Both the position numbers and the translations under genes were made by a program. The notes beneath the pieces are model-generated. The model saw only the letters and a list, made by a program, of their open reading frames with translations, had not been told where the DNA came from and searched no databases. From NCBI RefSeq assembly GCF_030684315.1, contig NC_081354.1, positions 77,885,222-77,949,221 of the forward strand: a stretch of DNA of 64,000 bases, given 5' to 3'. This DNA is from Stegostoma tigrinum (lineage: Eukaryota). The first letter of the stretch is position 1; every line of letters starts with the position of its first letter. This document shows, piece by piece, positions 22,851 to 35,900 of this stretch.

Positions 22851-25029
22851 AAGTTATGAGTGTAGAAAGACTTGCCTGCAAATGAAAACAAATACACAAT
22901 GGGTAAAGACTGCTTGTAGGTATCTTAGCAGCAACTGGCATAAGTTGACGCTTGACTCAATGCTGATCTGTGGGTTTGTGGACAATCCCACAGCCACAGC
23001 CTGGTACATATGACAGGGATGGGTTGATATTGCGGTTTGGTTGTGAAGCCTTCTGATTTATGTGTCTTGCTTTGTCTTTTTCACACTGTGCCATTAAAAC
23101 ATGAACCCAAGGTGTGCATTATGAATCCCTTAGTTTTCTCTTTGGTCAAGTCAGTTCTCCTTAGCTTAAGAAGTCAATGAGGAATCTCCTACATAGCCTC
23201 GGTTAGTGAGCTGGTTACTTTTTGGTGATTTTGAGTTTCACTTCATTTACATCCAAATCTTGGCATGAAGATGGTGACATGGCTACAGATTCCTGTCTGT
23301 GTCAGGATCCCCGGGCTAAGGTGAAAGCTTTATTTAAATAATTGGGACCGACTGCCAATATCCTTGTATTTCCACATGTAGATTCCTCTTCTGTGTGAAT
23401 AAATGCAGGATGGTTGTCTCACTTGAGTGAGCATTGGAAGATTCAATGTGTGGACAGACAGCTGGCCTGATTCCTGCTGGCAAAAATACTGAGGGCTTGC
23501 AATGTAATGGAAGTATTTCTGGGTGTCTGATCATAAGCCATTTCACCATGTGATTTTCAATCACCTATTGTCCAATACAGTGATATTATATTTTGAGAGA
23601 CTTCTGGACAATCTTGGAGGATTGTCAAACAGGGAAGCTCTGAAGACGAGGAGAAACATACTGGCCTGATCTAGCTCAATCGCCCTGAATTTAAAAAATC
23701 ATGGCCGTAACTCCCCTTTTCTGTGATGGCCAGTAATTTTAGGCTGCTTCCACCAGGTGCTTCACATTTCAGAACCCAAATTTCTCAGAAGCCTCAAGCT
23801 GACATCATACCCCTCATTTATACATACATCAGAAGCTGCCAGGGATGCCTGGGGAATTGTCCAAATCAATTTTGGAGGAAGTAACAAGGCTAAATTTGGT
23901 TTGGAGTTCAAGGTCACAGAGAAATATTGATGGACACAATGAGGTCATTTCACTGTAAGATGTATGAGCAGAAGTGGACCTTCAGTAGACCCATCATGTT
24001 TGCTCCAACATTCAATGAGATCATGGCCGATCTGATGACTGTGAACTCCACTTTCCTGCCTTTTCTCTACAATAGTTGAATGCTTTACTGATTATCTATC
24101 TATCTCCTGCTCACTCGCTCACTTTTTCAAAGTGGATTTTATTATCAGACTTCGTGCATGCATCTTTACATTTATGCTGGAAAATGCATGCTTGTGGATG
24201 GTTTAGAACCTTTGTATTCATATTGCATTATCGTCCACTCTTGGCCCAATGTTTTATCAACCCTTTGCTTCCAGTCTGGGGTCCCTTTTCCTTTCACTGA
24301 AATTAATTATTTCTTAGACCAAAGCATTTACATATCTTTATCTATTTTCATTGGGAGCTAATTGGGATACGATTCTTAGACAGAACGCAATCCAGCACTG
24401 CACTTCACTTGTTGAACATACAAATATAGAGAAGAAATTATTTTGGAAGTGTATTAGGAACACTCCCATTTTCTATCAAAATGCATAGTTTATGTATATT
24501 GTCAGTAATCATCTACTCCAATTAATTCAAAGTTCTATTTGCTAAAAATTGTGAATAATTCAATAGTTTTAATTAAGCAATTATGATAACAGCACAGGAG
24601 GTGTTTTTACATAATACAAATTTTTAATTGTTCATTTGGATTAAGCTTGAAAGCAAGAGTAAATCTATTCTGTTCCACAACATGTTTCTGTTCTGTTTTG
24701 ATTATTGTGTCTTCAACCTACCATCAGCTGTTGAAAACACATTTTGTTGTAAGCTAAATGCACAGTTAAAATGTGTGTTGGCACTTAGAGCCCAAGGAGG
24801 AAAGACACTGTGTTCAATAATTAATAAAAATATGTAGTTCACAGATGGTGTCACAGAGGACAGTTGTGGAGGGGTGATTCTCTGGTTTGTTGAGAAGTCT
24901 GTGCTAAAAGAGGTCTTTTTTAGGTGAAGTCTTGCAATTGTTGAAACTCCTATCTTTGGCAAAGTGCCTAATGGTAGGCAATCATATTGGTCATCACTGC
25001 AGCAGATGATGAGCCAGCTGAGGACCCCA

Positions 25030-25420
25030 TCCATAAGACCGTAAGATATCAGATCAGAAGTGGGCCATTCAGCCCACTGAATCAGCTATGCCATTCAATG
25101 ACAGGGCTGATCCGATAACCCTCAATTCCACTTTCCTTCCTTTCCCGATAACACTTGATTCCTTACTGATTAAAGATCTCTCAGCCTTGAATATTTTTAA
25201 TGAGCCAATGCAATAGCCCTCTGCAGTAAAGAATTCCACAGATTCCAAAACCTCTTAGAGAGGAATTTCCTCCTCATTACTCCCTATGCTAAGATTATGC
25301 TCTCTGCTCCTGGATTCTACCACAAGGAAAATCAACCTTTCCACATCAACCCTGTCAAGCTCCTTAAGAATTTTGTATGTTTCAAAAAGTTCTTTCATTG
25401 TTCTAAGTTCCAATGAGTAT
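25030..25420 (-). mobile_element. CR1 LINE 3' fragment (related piece at ~23955-24105)
   Basis: cataagaccgtaagatatc...ggccattcagccc...aagaattccacagattc, the CR1 tail in reverse. Confidence 0.7.
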
Positions 25421-25828
25421 ACATAAACTATCTATATAGCACTAACAATGTAATCTTCCCATTTCTGCCTTGGAGGGATTTGTCCCAAATATACTACTTG
25501 CAAACAGATATAAAGAGTAGTTTAATTAAGAAAAAAGCCACTTAGAATGCTTGTGTAGAAAATGGATTGGGGCTAAAAGGCAGCACTGAGGTAACCTAGG
25601 CAGAGTTTTACTCTGCATCGAACTGCACTCCCAATACAGGTACACCTGATGCTACTCCAGGTGACAAGCATGGAGTCCTTCAGATCGATATTCGTAACCT
25701 TAAACAGAGATTATATGCAGCAAAGAAACATAAAATATTATTAAGGAAACTGTTTCTGAGGCTAAATATACAGAAGGAATGCATTTTTTTCCATTCACCA
25801 TTTTAAATTGGGAAAATGACATACTTAC

Positions 25829-25987
25829 AGATGCTTGGAGATCATCTGTCTTAATGATTAGGTCATCCAGCTTTTCTCCTCTTTCCAAAACCTTTTCAAT
25901 GTTCTGTGACATGATGCCCTTTACATCATTCACCTGACCCTGAAGATTAGATAACTTTTCAGGGCCTGGATCCACACTGTAGCTGGC
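25829..25987 (-). CDS. VAMP8-like R-SNARE, synaptobrevin coiled-coil exon
   Basis: tttcag|GCC AGC...GCA TCT|gtaagt; 159 nt, phase 0/0; ASYSVDPGPEKLSNLQGQVNDVKGIMSQNIEKVLERGEKLDDLIIKTDDLQAS with zero-layer Arg; same intron positions as VAMP8. Confidence 0.94.
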
Positions 25988-27687
25988 CTGAAATGACAAA
26001 GAGCACCATTGCAAAACCTGTCACATCTCTCAGCAAACCCTCAAAGCTCTCCACAAACAATGAACTATTTTGAAGTTGTTATGGCTGCTGCACAGAAAAT
26101 ATGGCAATTATTATAGACAAAGTACGTTTCCACAAATGACAACTAGTTGAGTAACCATTTAGTCTATTGTATGTGGTGTTATTAACATAGCAATCTATGA
26201 AACCCTGAAAAACTGATAAATAAGGCTCAAAAATGCCATAACATATTCCCGAAAAGACAAATAAACAAAAAAAAACACATAGCGCTGAACAAAAATCTAT
26301 GACCAAAGCTGACATTTCATGCCAACCAAATAGGTTACATTCTGTTTCAACTGCATTGTATTTCATGATGTCTACTGGTGCTTCAGATGCTATGATTTAA
26401 TTCATTTTTTTCTAAAAATGGAAACCTAAGAGCATCAAAAATAATGTTTAAGCCTATACCCGGCGTACGAGTTGGCACTCCTTTTCTGTTTAGAAATGCT
26501 AGACTTACATTAAGGATTGGCCTCAACATTTCACCTAGAAATTCAAGATTTACTTGTTTTATATATTGGCTCATCAGACCAAGCACGTTGTCAAGAAAAT
26601 ACGAGGGAGTTTAAGACATGCCCAAACAGAGCAGGCCATGTACAGCAAACAACAAACAAAAATAGTTATCTAGCAAAAATGAAGTACAAAGCCAGTTTCA
26701 AAACAGAAACTGTAATATTTGCTCATCCATCAATAACTGTGTTACATTGAATAATTCAGTATTAGCGAAAAAAACTATTGCAAGAATGGAAGTCGCTGAA
26801 ATACACCCTGAAAAAGCTGCCCCGGATCAAATTTGCCAAGAGATCAGGGACCGGATATTAAACTGATCTTGAGGAGTGTGACCTGGAATGGGTCCCTCAA
26901 ATGTTGCCAGAATGCTTATTTTGTCACCAGAAGTGCAAAATATAAACTTATAGTGAAGTAAGTCAAACATTGAGTCTGACAAAGATTTCAGAGCACCAGC
27001 TGGTTAGTGTAGCCACTTTGTGGAACAAAGAACTCTTGTGTTTTGGCAGAAGCTGTAGATAGATCAGAAAGTAACAAATGATCTCAATGTCAAAATTACC
27101 AGTTTCCAAAATAAAAAATGAGTGTCCATAGTAATGCACCAGCAACATGGATGTGTCAACATGGACCATTATTTCAATGTACCTGGCATCTAAACCATGG
27201 AGCATGAAGCTTTGTAAACAGTTCCAGTGAAAACTATAGGAAATGAGAATGGTACTATCCTGCATGGCCGACGGAGCAAAATTAATTAATTATTAACATG
27301 TAATTTTCGAACGTAGAACAAACTGAAAATCAAGTTCCCTGCAGGAGATATGTCCACGTTCGCGACAACAGTCAAATGAATGAGCAGGAAGTGAAGCTGT
27401 GGATCAAAAATATGCAGAATAGATGTCCCAGTGACCTAGTCAGAAAATGCAGTGTATCGGTGTGGGCGTTGTTTTGCTCCCATGTACCTCTCTAAATCAC
27501 AAGGTGCCTGCAAAGAAAAAAAACACACCCAATGTGCAGATATATCAGGCTGTCGAATGTCTACAATTCAATTGTTGGATGAATATCTGCCTCAACAAGT
27601 CATTCATGAGTCACATTTGCCGTTAATGGCATAGATGAATTGTTGATGGAGAAATAACCTTCACAAAGAGTGTTGTTCCGCTTAGTG

Positions 27688-27860
27688 AGAGTAAGAACTG
27701 CTGGTGCTGGAGTCTGAGATAACACAGTGTAGAGCTGGAGCAACACAGCAGGCCAGGCAGCAGAGGAGCAGGAAAGCTGACGTTTCGGGTCGAGGCCCTT
27801 CTTCAGAAATCGATTTCTGCTGTGCTCATCCAGCTCAACGTAATTTTTTTTTGTGATTTA
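27688..27860 (-). mobile_element. Penelope terminal-repeat element with intact hammerhead core
   Basis: Same family as 12488/14103/32726; minus strand CTGAAGA-agggcctcgaccc-GAAACGTC at 27806-27779. Confidence 0.75.
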
Positions 27861-27959
27861 ATCATCCAATCATGAGATCCACGAATTACTGTCTTGTCAT
27901 TCAAGAATGCAGAATATCCAATTCCATTAACGGCGAGAAGATGATTTGTTGTGAAGTTT

Positions 27960-28410
27960 TGAAACTCAAGATGTCTAATCTGATCTAGAGTGAGGGTCTT
28001 ACAATGATGCCTACATTCTCTAGAGTTTAGAAAGATGAGAGGTAATCTCATTGGGGCATAGCAGATCCTGAAGGAGCCTCACAAAGGAGATGGTGAGAAG
28101 TTATAACAACAAATCAGGAAATTTAAAACATGTGAGTGCATTATTAGGATAAAGGGCCAATTATTTGGGAATGAGAGGAAGAGAAACTACTTCTCTCAAA
28201 AGGGATGTAAATCTTAGGAATTCTCTACCCCACAGCGTTGTGGATTTTTCATCGTTGAATATGTTTAAGGCGGGGATAAACTGGTTTCTGTTCCCCTGAA
28301 TCAAGAGACATGGGAAGTGGAGCTGAAACCCATGGACATATAAAATTGTGGGGTGAGTTCAGTGCCTCTGTGGTCTGCTTGTGCTCCTACTTCTTGCATT
28401 TTTCTGTGCC
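27960..28410 (+). mobile_element. CR1 LINE 3' fragment
   Basis: ctacattctctagagtttagaaagatgagaggtaatctcattg...ggaattctctaccc...gctcctacttctt. Confidence 0.7.
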
Positions 28411-28552
28411 ACAGCCAAAGTGACTTGGAATAAATTTGAACACCTCTTTGCATTGGATCCTAAAGACGATGAATCATAGAGTCATACAGCATAGAAAAAA
28501 AAACCCTTTGGTCCAATCCCTCCAAACCTTTCCTATTCATGAACTTATTTTT

Positions 28553-29073
28553 TTTAGATTCCCTACAGTGTGGAAACAGACCCTTTGGCCCAACAAGTCG
28601 ACACCGCCCCTTGGAGCATCCCACCCAGACCCATCCCCCTAGAACCCACACACCCCTGAACACTACGGGCAATTTAGCATGGCCAATCCACCTAGCCTGC
28701 ACATCTTTGGACTGTGGGAAGAAACCGGAGCACCCAGAGGAAACACTGGCAGACAGGAAGAGAATGTGCAAACTCCGCACAGACAGTTACCCGAGACTGG
28801 AATCGAACCTGGGTCCCTGGTGCTGTGAGGCTATAGTGCTAATCACTGGGCCGCCTTAAAACTACACCAATCCTCCAAAGAGTATCCCACTCCACTAACT
28901 ATCTCTGCAACCTTGCATTTCCCACAGCTAATCCACCTAGCCTGCACCCAGAGGAAACCCATTCAGACACAGGGAGAATGTGCAAACTGCACACAGACAG
29001 TTGCCTGAGGCCAGAATTGAACCTGGGTCCCTGGCACTGTGACGTAGCAGTGCTTACCACTGTGCCACCATGT
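28553..29073 (-). mobile_element. Two adjacent HE1-type SINEs (28553-28857 and ~28870-29073)
   Basis: Both carry gagaatgtgcaaact(c/g)c..acacagacagtt and reverse tRNA A/B-box heads. Confidence 0.85.
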
Positions 29074-32000
29074 CTTAACTTCTCCAAATGTCTTTTAAAC
29101 ATTGTAACTGTATCTGCATCCACCACTTTCTCTTACAGTTCACTCCACTCCCTGTGTAGACGAATTGCCACTCATGTCTTTCTCCTCTCACCCTAAAAAG
29201 AAACCCCCTAGTTTTAACCTGCCCCACCCTAGGGAAAAGACCTTTGTCACTTACCCTACCCATGCCTCTTTTGATTTTATACACCTCAGTAAGGTCAATC
29301 CTCAACCTCTTATAAAAACCGAAAGAACTGCAGATGCCGTAAATCAGGAACAAAAACTAAGTGCTGGAAAAGCTCAGCAGGTCAGGCAGCATCTGTGTAG
29401 GAAGAAACAGAGTCCGGGGACCCTTTCCTGTTCTCAGTTAGCCTGGAGCAGTGTTTTTACAGCAGTAGGACTGTGCTATTTTCTGGGTCTGTAGATTGTT
29501 AGGGTGCAATGATGGCCTTTAGAAGAGTGATGTGCTCTTCCTGTCGGATGTGGGAGATTAGAGAGAGTTTCCACGTTACTGATGATTATGTCTGCAGGAG
29601 GTGAGCTTGGTTGTGAATCCTATCAGATCACAAGGATTGGGTGCAGCGACAGTTAGAGACAATGAGGAATTTACAGGAGCTGGGGGTGTGATGGATGACA
29701 GTTGCAGGGAGGGAGATAAACCGAAGATACATTCAGGTAGATGGGTTATCTCCAGGAAAGGTAGGAGAGGGAGGCAGGTCATGCAGGAGTCTCCTGTGGC
29801 TATCCCCATCTCAAACAAGTGTGCTGTTTTGGAAAATGTAAGGGGTGATGGAATCTCAGCGGAATGTAACACTGACAGCCTGGTTTCTGGTACTGAGACT
29901 GGCTCTAATGTAAAGAGGGTTATGTCAGGTTCCAAGCGATCAATTGTGAAAGGGGACTCTCTAGTCAGAGGCACAGACAGACATTTCTGCAGCAAGACAT
30001 CAGAATGGTGTGTTGCCTCCCTGGTGCCAGGATCAAAGAAATCTGAGAGGGTGCAGAATATTCTCAAAGGAGAGAGGGACCGGCAGGAGGTGGTTGTGTG
30101 TTTTGGAAGAAACGACATAGGAACAGAAAGGATGAGACTCAGAGACAATATAAGAAGTTAGGCAGGAATTTAAAAAGGAAGTCCACGAGGGTAGTAATAC
30201 CTGGATTACTCCCAGTACCATGAGCTAGTGAGAGTAGGAATAGGATGATAGAGCAGATGAATGTATGGATGAGGTGCTCATGCAGGGGAGAAGGATTTAC
30301 TCTTTTGGATCATTGGAAACTCTTCTGGTCTAGAGGTGACCTGTATAAGAAAGACAGCTTGCACTAGAATTGGAAGGGAACTAGTATACTGGTGGGGAGA
30401 TTTGCTCGAGCTGCTTGGGAGGATTTAAATGAGTAAAGCTGGGAAGGAGGTTGGGACACAGGGAGATAGGGAGGAAAGAGATCCGTCTGAGACCGGTACA
30501 GTTGGGAAGAGGATGAAGTCAATCAGTCTGGGCACGCAGGAACAAAGCAGAGAATAAGGTAGGGCTGATAAAGTACATTTATTTCAACGCAAGAGGCCTA
30601 ACAGGTAAGGCTGACAAACTCAGGGCATGGTTAGGAACATGGGACTGGGATATCATAGCAATGACAGAGACATGGCTCAGGGATGGGCAGGATTAGCAGC
30701 TTAATGTTCCAGGGTATAGGTGCTAGAGGAAGAATTGAAAGTGGTTGGGGGAGGTTGTAAGAGAGGAGGGGGAGAGGCATTTTTGATTAGGGCTAACTTG
30801 AAGGCTGTACTTTAGGGGGGATATTCCTGGGAATATGTCAGGGAAATTATTTGGGTGGAATTGAGAAATAAGGGACAATCACTTTATTGGGATTGTACTA
30901 TATACTCCGCAGTAGCCAGTGGGAAATTGAGAAACAATTTGTAAGGAGATCTCAGTTATCGGTTAGAATAGTAGAGTGATTATGGTAGGGGATTTTAACT
31001 TTCCAAACATAGACTGGATGGAAGGGAATTTGTTGTGTGTGCAAGAAAATTTTCAGATTCAGTCTGTGTATGTCACCTTCTAAGGAAAGAGGAAAAAAAC
31101 TTTACCTACTCTAGGGAAGCAAGGCAGGGCAGGTGACCGACGTGTCAGTGGGGACCAGTGACCATAATTCTATTAGTTTTAAAATAGCAATGGAAAAAGA
31201 TAGACCGAATCTAAAACTTAAAGTTCTAATTTGGGGGAAAAGGCCAATGTTTATGGTATTAGGTAAGAACATTTGAAAGTTGATTGGGCTTGGTGGATGT
31301 TCGCAGGTAAAGGGACAGCTGGAAAATGGGAAGCACTCAAAATGAGAAAATGAGAGCCCAGAGACAATATGTTTCTGTTAGAGTAAAGGGCAAGGCTGGT
31401 AGGTGTAGGGAATGCTGGATGACTAGAGAAATTGAGGCTTTGGTGAAAAAAAGGGAAGCATATATCAGGGATTGAGTGAATTCCAAGAAGAGTATAAAGG
31501 CAGTAGAAGTATACTTAAGAGGGAGATCAGGAGGGCAAAAAGGGGATATGAAATTGCTTCATCAGTTAAGGTTAAGGAGAATCTAAAGGGATTCTACAAA
31601 TATATTTGAGGGCAAAAGGGTAACTAGGGAGTGAACGGGGCGTCTCAAAGATCAGCAAGGCCACTGTGTGGAACTGCAGGGGATGTGGGAGATACTAACC
31701 CAGAATTTTGCATCAGTGTTTACTGTGGAGTAAAATATGGAAGATAAATGGGGAACTAAATAGCAACATTTTGAAAAATATCCACACTGCAGAGCAGGAA
31801 GTACTGGATGGCTTAAAACACATAAAGATGAATAAATCCCAAGGGCCTGATCAGGTGTACCCTAGAACTCTGTGGGAAACAAGGGAAGTGATTGCTGGGC
31901 CCCTTGCTGAGATATTTGTATCATTGATAACCATAGATGAGGTGTGGGAAGACTGGAGGTTGGCTAACGTGGTGCCATTTTTTAAGAAAGGTGGAAAGGA

Positions 32001-32136
32001 AAAGCCAGGGAATTATAGACTGGTGAGCTTGACATCAGTGGTGGGCAAGTGGGGGGGAAATCCTGAGAGACTGGATTTACATGTATTTAGAAAGGCAAGG
32101 GGTGGGAAATTGTATCTCACTAACTTAATTGAGTTT

Positions 32137-32422
32137 GTAGGGTTTTAGAGTAGATTTATTGCTCAGGTTGTGAATGTTGTGGTTGGTTGGCTCGTTGAGC
32201 TGCTTCATTGTTCAATAGATTTTTCATTACTCCGCTGGCTAACGTCATCAGTGTGGCATCCGATGAAGCGCTGTTATGTTTTCCCTCCTGTTATTTAAAC
32301 ACTGGGGTCTGTTGAGCCGGCCTACCTCACTTCCGCTTTTCCTTTGCAGTGGAGTGTATACGGAGTCTAGCTCTATGCGTTTATTGATGGCTTTCTTAGT
32401 GGAGTACCAGGTTTCTAGAGTT
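32137..32422 (-). mobile_element. 5'-truncated Penelope-like insertion (third family) inside CR1 ORF2
   Basis: LETWYSTKKAINKRIELDSVYTPL (endonuclease C-terminus-like); hammerhead-like CTGATGA...GAAA at 32251-32222; TSD ttgagttt at 32129-32136 / 32423-32430. Confidence 0.7.
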
Positions 32423-32725
32423 TTGAGTTTTTTGAAGAAGTAACAAAGAGAATTGATGAGGGCTGAATGGTGGATGCAACCTGTGTGTACTTCAGTAAGG
32501 CATTCAACAAGGTTCCTCATGATAGAGTGATTAGCAAGGTTAGAGCACATGGAATACAGGGAAAACAAGCTATTTGGATACAGAATGGCCTTAGGATAGT
32601 GGTGGAGGATTGCTTTGCATACTACAGGACTGTACCAATGGTGTGCCGCAAGGATCAGTGCTGGGTCCACTGCTATTCATCATTTATTTAAATGATTTTA
32701 AAGTGAACAGAGGAGGTATGGTTAG

Positions 32726-32945
32726 CATAGTGTGGAGCAGGAGGAACGCAGAAGGCCAGGCATCCTCAGAGGAACAGGAAAGCTGACGTTTCAGCTTGGG
32801 AGCATTTTTTTTGTCTGAAAAAGGGTCCCGACCCGAAACGTCAGCTTTTCTGCTCCTCTGATACTGTCTGGCCTGCTGTGTTCCTCCAGCTCCACACAGT
32901 GTTATCTCTGACTCCAGCATCGGCAGTTCTTACTATCTCAGAGAC
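32726..32945. mobile_element. Fold-back Penelope-terminal-repeat element inside CR1 RT
   Basis: Inverted arms; core CTGAAAA-agggtcccgaccc-GAAACGTC at 32815-32842; TSD atggttag at 32718-32725 / 32946-32953. Confidence 0.8.
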
Positions 32946-35900
32946 ATGGTTAGTAAGTTTGCAGATAACACCAAAATTGGAGGTGTAGTGCACAGCAAAG
33001 AAAGGTACCTCAGAGCACAACAGGATCATAATCAGATGGGCCAATGGGCCAAGGAATGGCAGATGGAGTTTAATTTAGACAAATGTTAGGCGCTGCATTT
33101 TGGAAAGGCAAATCAGGGCAGGACCTATAGACTTAATGGTAAGGTGCTAGGGAGTGCTGCTGAACAAAGACACCTTGGAGTGCAGGTCCGTAGCTCCTTG
33201 AAAGTGGGAAAGTGGAGTTCCTTGAAAGTGGAGTAGGATAGGAAAGAAGGCATTTGATATGCTTGTCTTTATTGTTCAGTACATTGATTATAGGTCATGT
33301 TTTGGCTCTACAGGACATTGGTTAGGCTACTTTTGGAATACTATGTTCAAATCTGGTTTCCCTGCTATAGGAAGGATGTTGTGAAATGTGAAAGAGTTCA
33401 GAAAAGATTTACAAAGATGTTGCCAGGTTTGGAGGGTTTGAGTATTAGGGAGAGGCTGAATACTCTGGGGCTTTTTTCCTTGGAGCGTCATCACCTGAAG
33501 GGTGATCCTATAAAAGTTTATAAAATCATGAGGGGCATGGATAGGGTGAATCGACAGGGTCTTTTCTCCGGGCTGGAAGCGTCCAAAACTAGAGGGCATA
33601 GGTTGAAGGTGAGAGGGGGAAAAATTTAAAAGGGATGTAAGGGGCAACTTTTTCACGCAGAGGGTGGTGCATGTATGGAATGTGCTGCCAGAAGATGTGG
33701 TGGAGGCTGGTACAATTATAACATCTAAAAGGCACCTGGATGGGTCTGTGAATAGTGGGGGTTTAGAGGGAAATGGGTCAAATGCTGGCAAATGAGACAA
33801 GATTTATTTAGGATATCCGGTCAGCATGGACAATTTGGGCCAAAGCATCTGTTTCTGTGCTGTGCATCTCTATGACTCAATAACTACCCAGGGTCCTATC
33901 TTTAATTTTCTATGTCCTGTCCTAAATTAAATTCCATCTGCCACTCCTCAGTCCATTGACCCACTTGATCAAAAGTTTTTTTTTAATCTTAACTAACCTT
34001 CTGCACTGTCTGTTATACCACCAGTCATGTGTAAACTTACTAACCACACCTTCTATATTCTCATCCAATTCATTAATGTAAAATGGCAAAAAAATGCTTT
34101 GATATTGCTTAAAAATAAACTTGTAGAATTAATTCATTCAATAAAATATGTCATGTCAATTTAATTTGAATATTACTGGTATGTTTTTTCACCATTTCAT
34201 AATGACCACTACCTGCACCAATACATTTTATACTCAATGTATACATTGAGTTCTGCTGCTGGAAGTGCATTTAGAAGTTTCAGAGATCAGCTGATGTGTT
34301 GCGATTATATGGTAATTGCAAGTTATGTGCTGTAAGATAACAACTTGAAAAAAATTAATTGCAGTTCCACTCAATATTTCAGCAGATATAGAACAGAGAT
34401 CAGATGGAGTCCATAAAAACTAACTTTGTGTAATGATACGTTTTGAAATTTTTGATGGAACCAGTGACAATGCAAAATCTATTGCCTTAAAACCACTAAG
34501 GGCAATGTAATACCATCAAAAGGTACAGGAGGATTCTGTGTTTTTTTATATGATTTATAGTGGAAATAACCTATGGATAAACGTACAATCTAGCCACGAG
34601 GTGGTTTTTTTTTGAAGGTGAGTAAAATTTTTAATTACCCAAATACAAATATTTCACCATCCTTTGGTTATATTTATCCATTCAATTATATTTTGTGCGG
34701 TTTACTAGCCTGAGTAAAAGTTTGATACTTGAAGGCTTTAGCTTCTCCCAAAAAGCCTAGATACAAAATTTAAGATTTTGCCTGCAGTATGTATTTGAGG
34801 TAAAACTTGTGGTCGAGTTTCAATGTATATACATTGAATGGTTTTTAAATAGAGAAAGAGGGCAGGGATTTCCCATTTTTAAAGTGAGCAGATCTGGTGG
34901 CAACTAAAATATCACCTCCACTGCCCAGAAAACTCAATGTATCACCTGCCCCAGGGGTTCAATGGCAAGACTGGGTTTCTTGCAGAGTGGGTTTGTGGTG
35001 ACAAGTTGGTCATGGGGTTGGAAGCAAGGACAGAAGCTGCTCGCTTTGCCCTATCTATACCATAGATTGCCTCCAGACTGAGACAATTGTAGCTCTGATT
35101 TCCCTATAGTAAACCAGTCACTTCTTCTGTATGCCAGGGAGGCAGGAGATTGGTGGTATGATATATTGAGGCCTTTCAATGGCCGTTAATTGGTCACTTT
35201 AGGGTCTTCAGTGCTAATAGGTCGAGAAATTTGCACCTGGAACTTCGCACCCAAAATGCTGGGGATGAGAAAGAGGTAGGTTTCTGCCGAGGGAGAACTC
35301 ACATTATTATTTCCCCTTCTCACCAACTTGCCACCTCCAGGAAGGGGAAAGTTGCATCCAGAAGCTCTAATGAAAATGGGAAAATGACAATGGTCTAATT
35401 ACACATTTGTAGCACTTGCTTTGATAACCAATAAATATCAGAAAATGTAATAAGCTGAGGAATATATTAAGAAAATATGATTCATGAGAGTGAGAGGTAG
35501 TTAATAGACACTTTGCTCAGAGAACAACCAATGTGAGAAAGAAAGGACTTATAACCTTGTGGATAACTAGTGAAATTCCAGGGAAACAGTAGGGTTCACA
35601 TCAGTTATTAGCATCACATTTCAGCATTGATTTCATGTAGACTATTAACCACATCAAACATGTTACTTAGTGCTTGTATTGGCAATAAATAGGTCTGACC
35701 TATCTCTGACCACATTAGCTTGGGTGATCAGACTTTCAAAGCTCAAATGTTACTTTATAATACCATTGGCTGGACATTGATATGTCTTGAACTTTTTTGA
35801 AAACAAAGCAAAACTGGCTACAGCAAAATTATGTTGAAGTTGCAAAGAATATGTGCTGCCTAAATGAACTAACTGAATCTGTGATTTTGTCAGAAAGAGG

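Larger units (their letters stand above)
29440..33880 (+). mobile_element. Near full-length CR1 LINE (ORF1 zinc finger + SGNH esterase; ORF2 APE + RT), disrupted
   Basis: ORF1 CSSCRMWE...C and IVKGDSLVRGTDR; ORF2 YFNARGL, GDFNFP, KSQGPDQVYPR, DWRLANVVP.FKKG..PGNYR.VSLTS, FSKAFNKVPH, KFAD.TK, LEYYVQ.W; tail ctctatgactc; many frameshifts. Confidence 0.92.

Noticed and set aside
34150-34270. GSGHYEMV peptide resembling a longin N-terminal motif
   Set aside because: Short ORF with mismatched spacing and no usable splice sites.
34561-34617. Plus-strand 57-nt segment with ag...gtgagt boundaries
   Set aside because: No partner exons or recognisable peptide; cannot be distinguished from chance.
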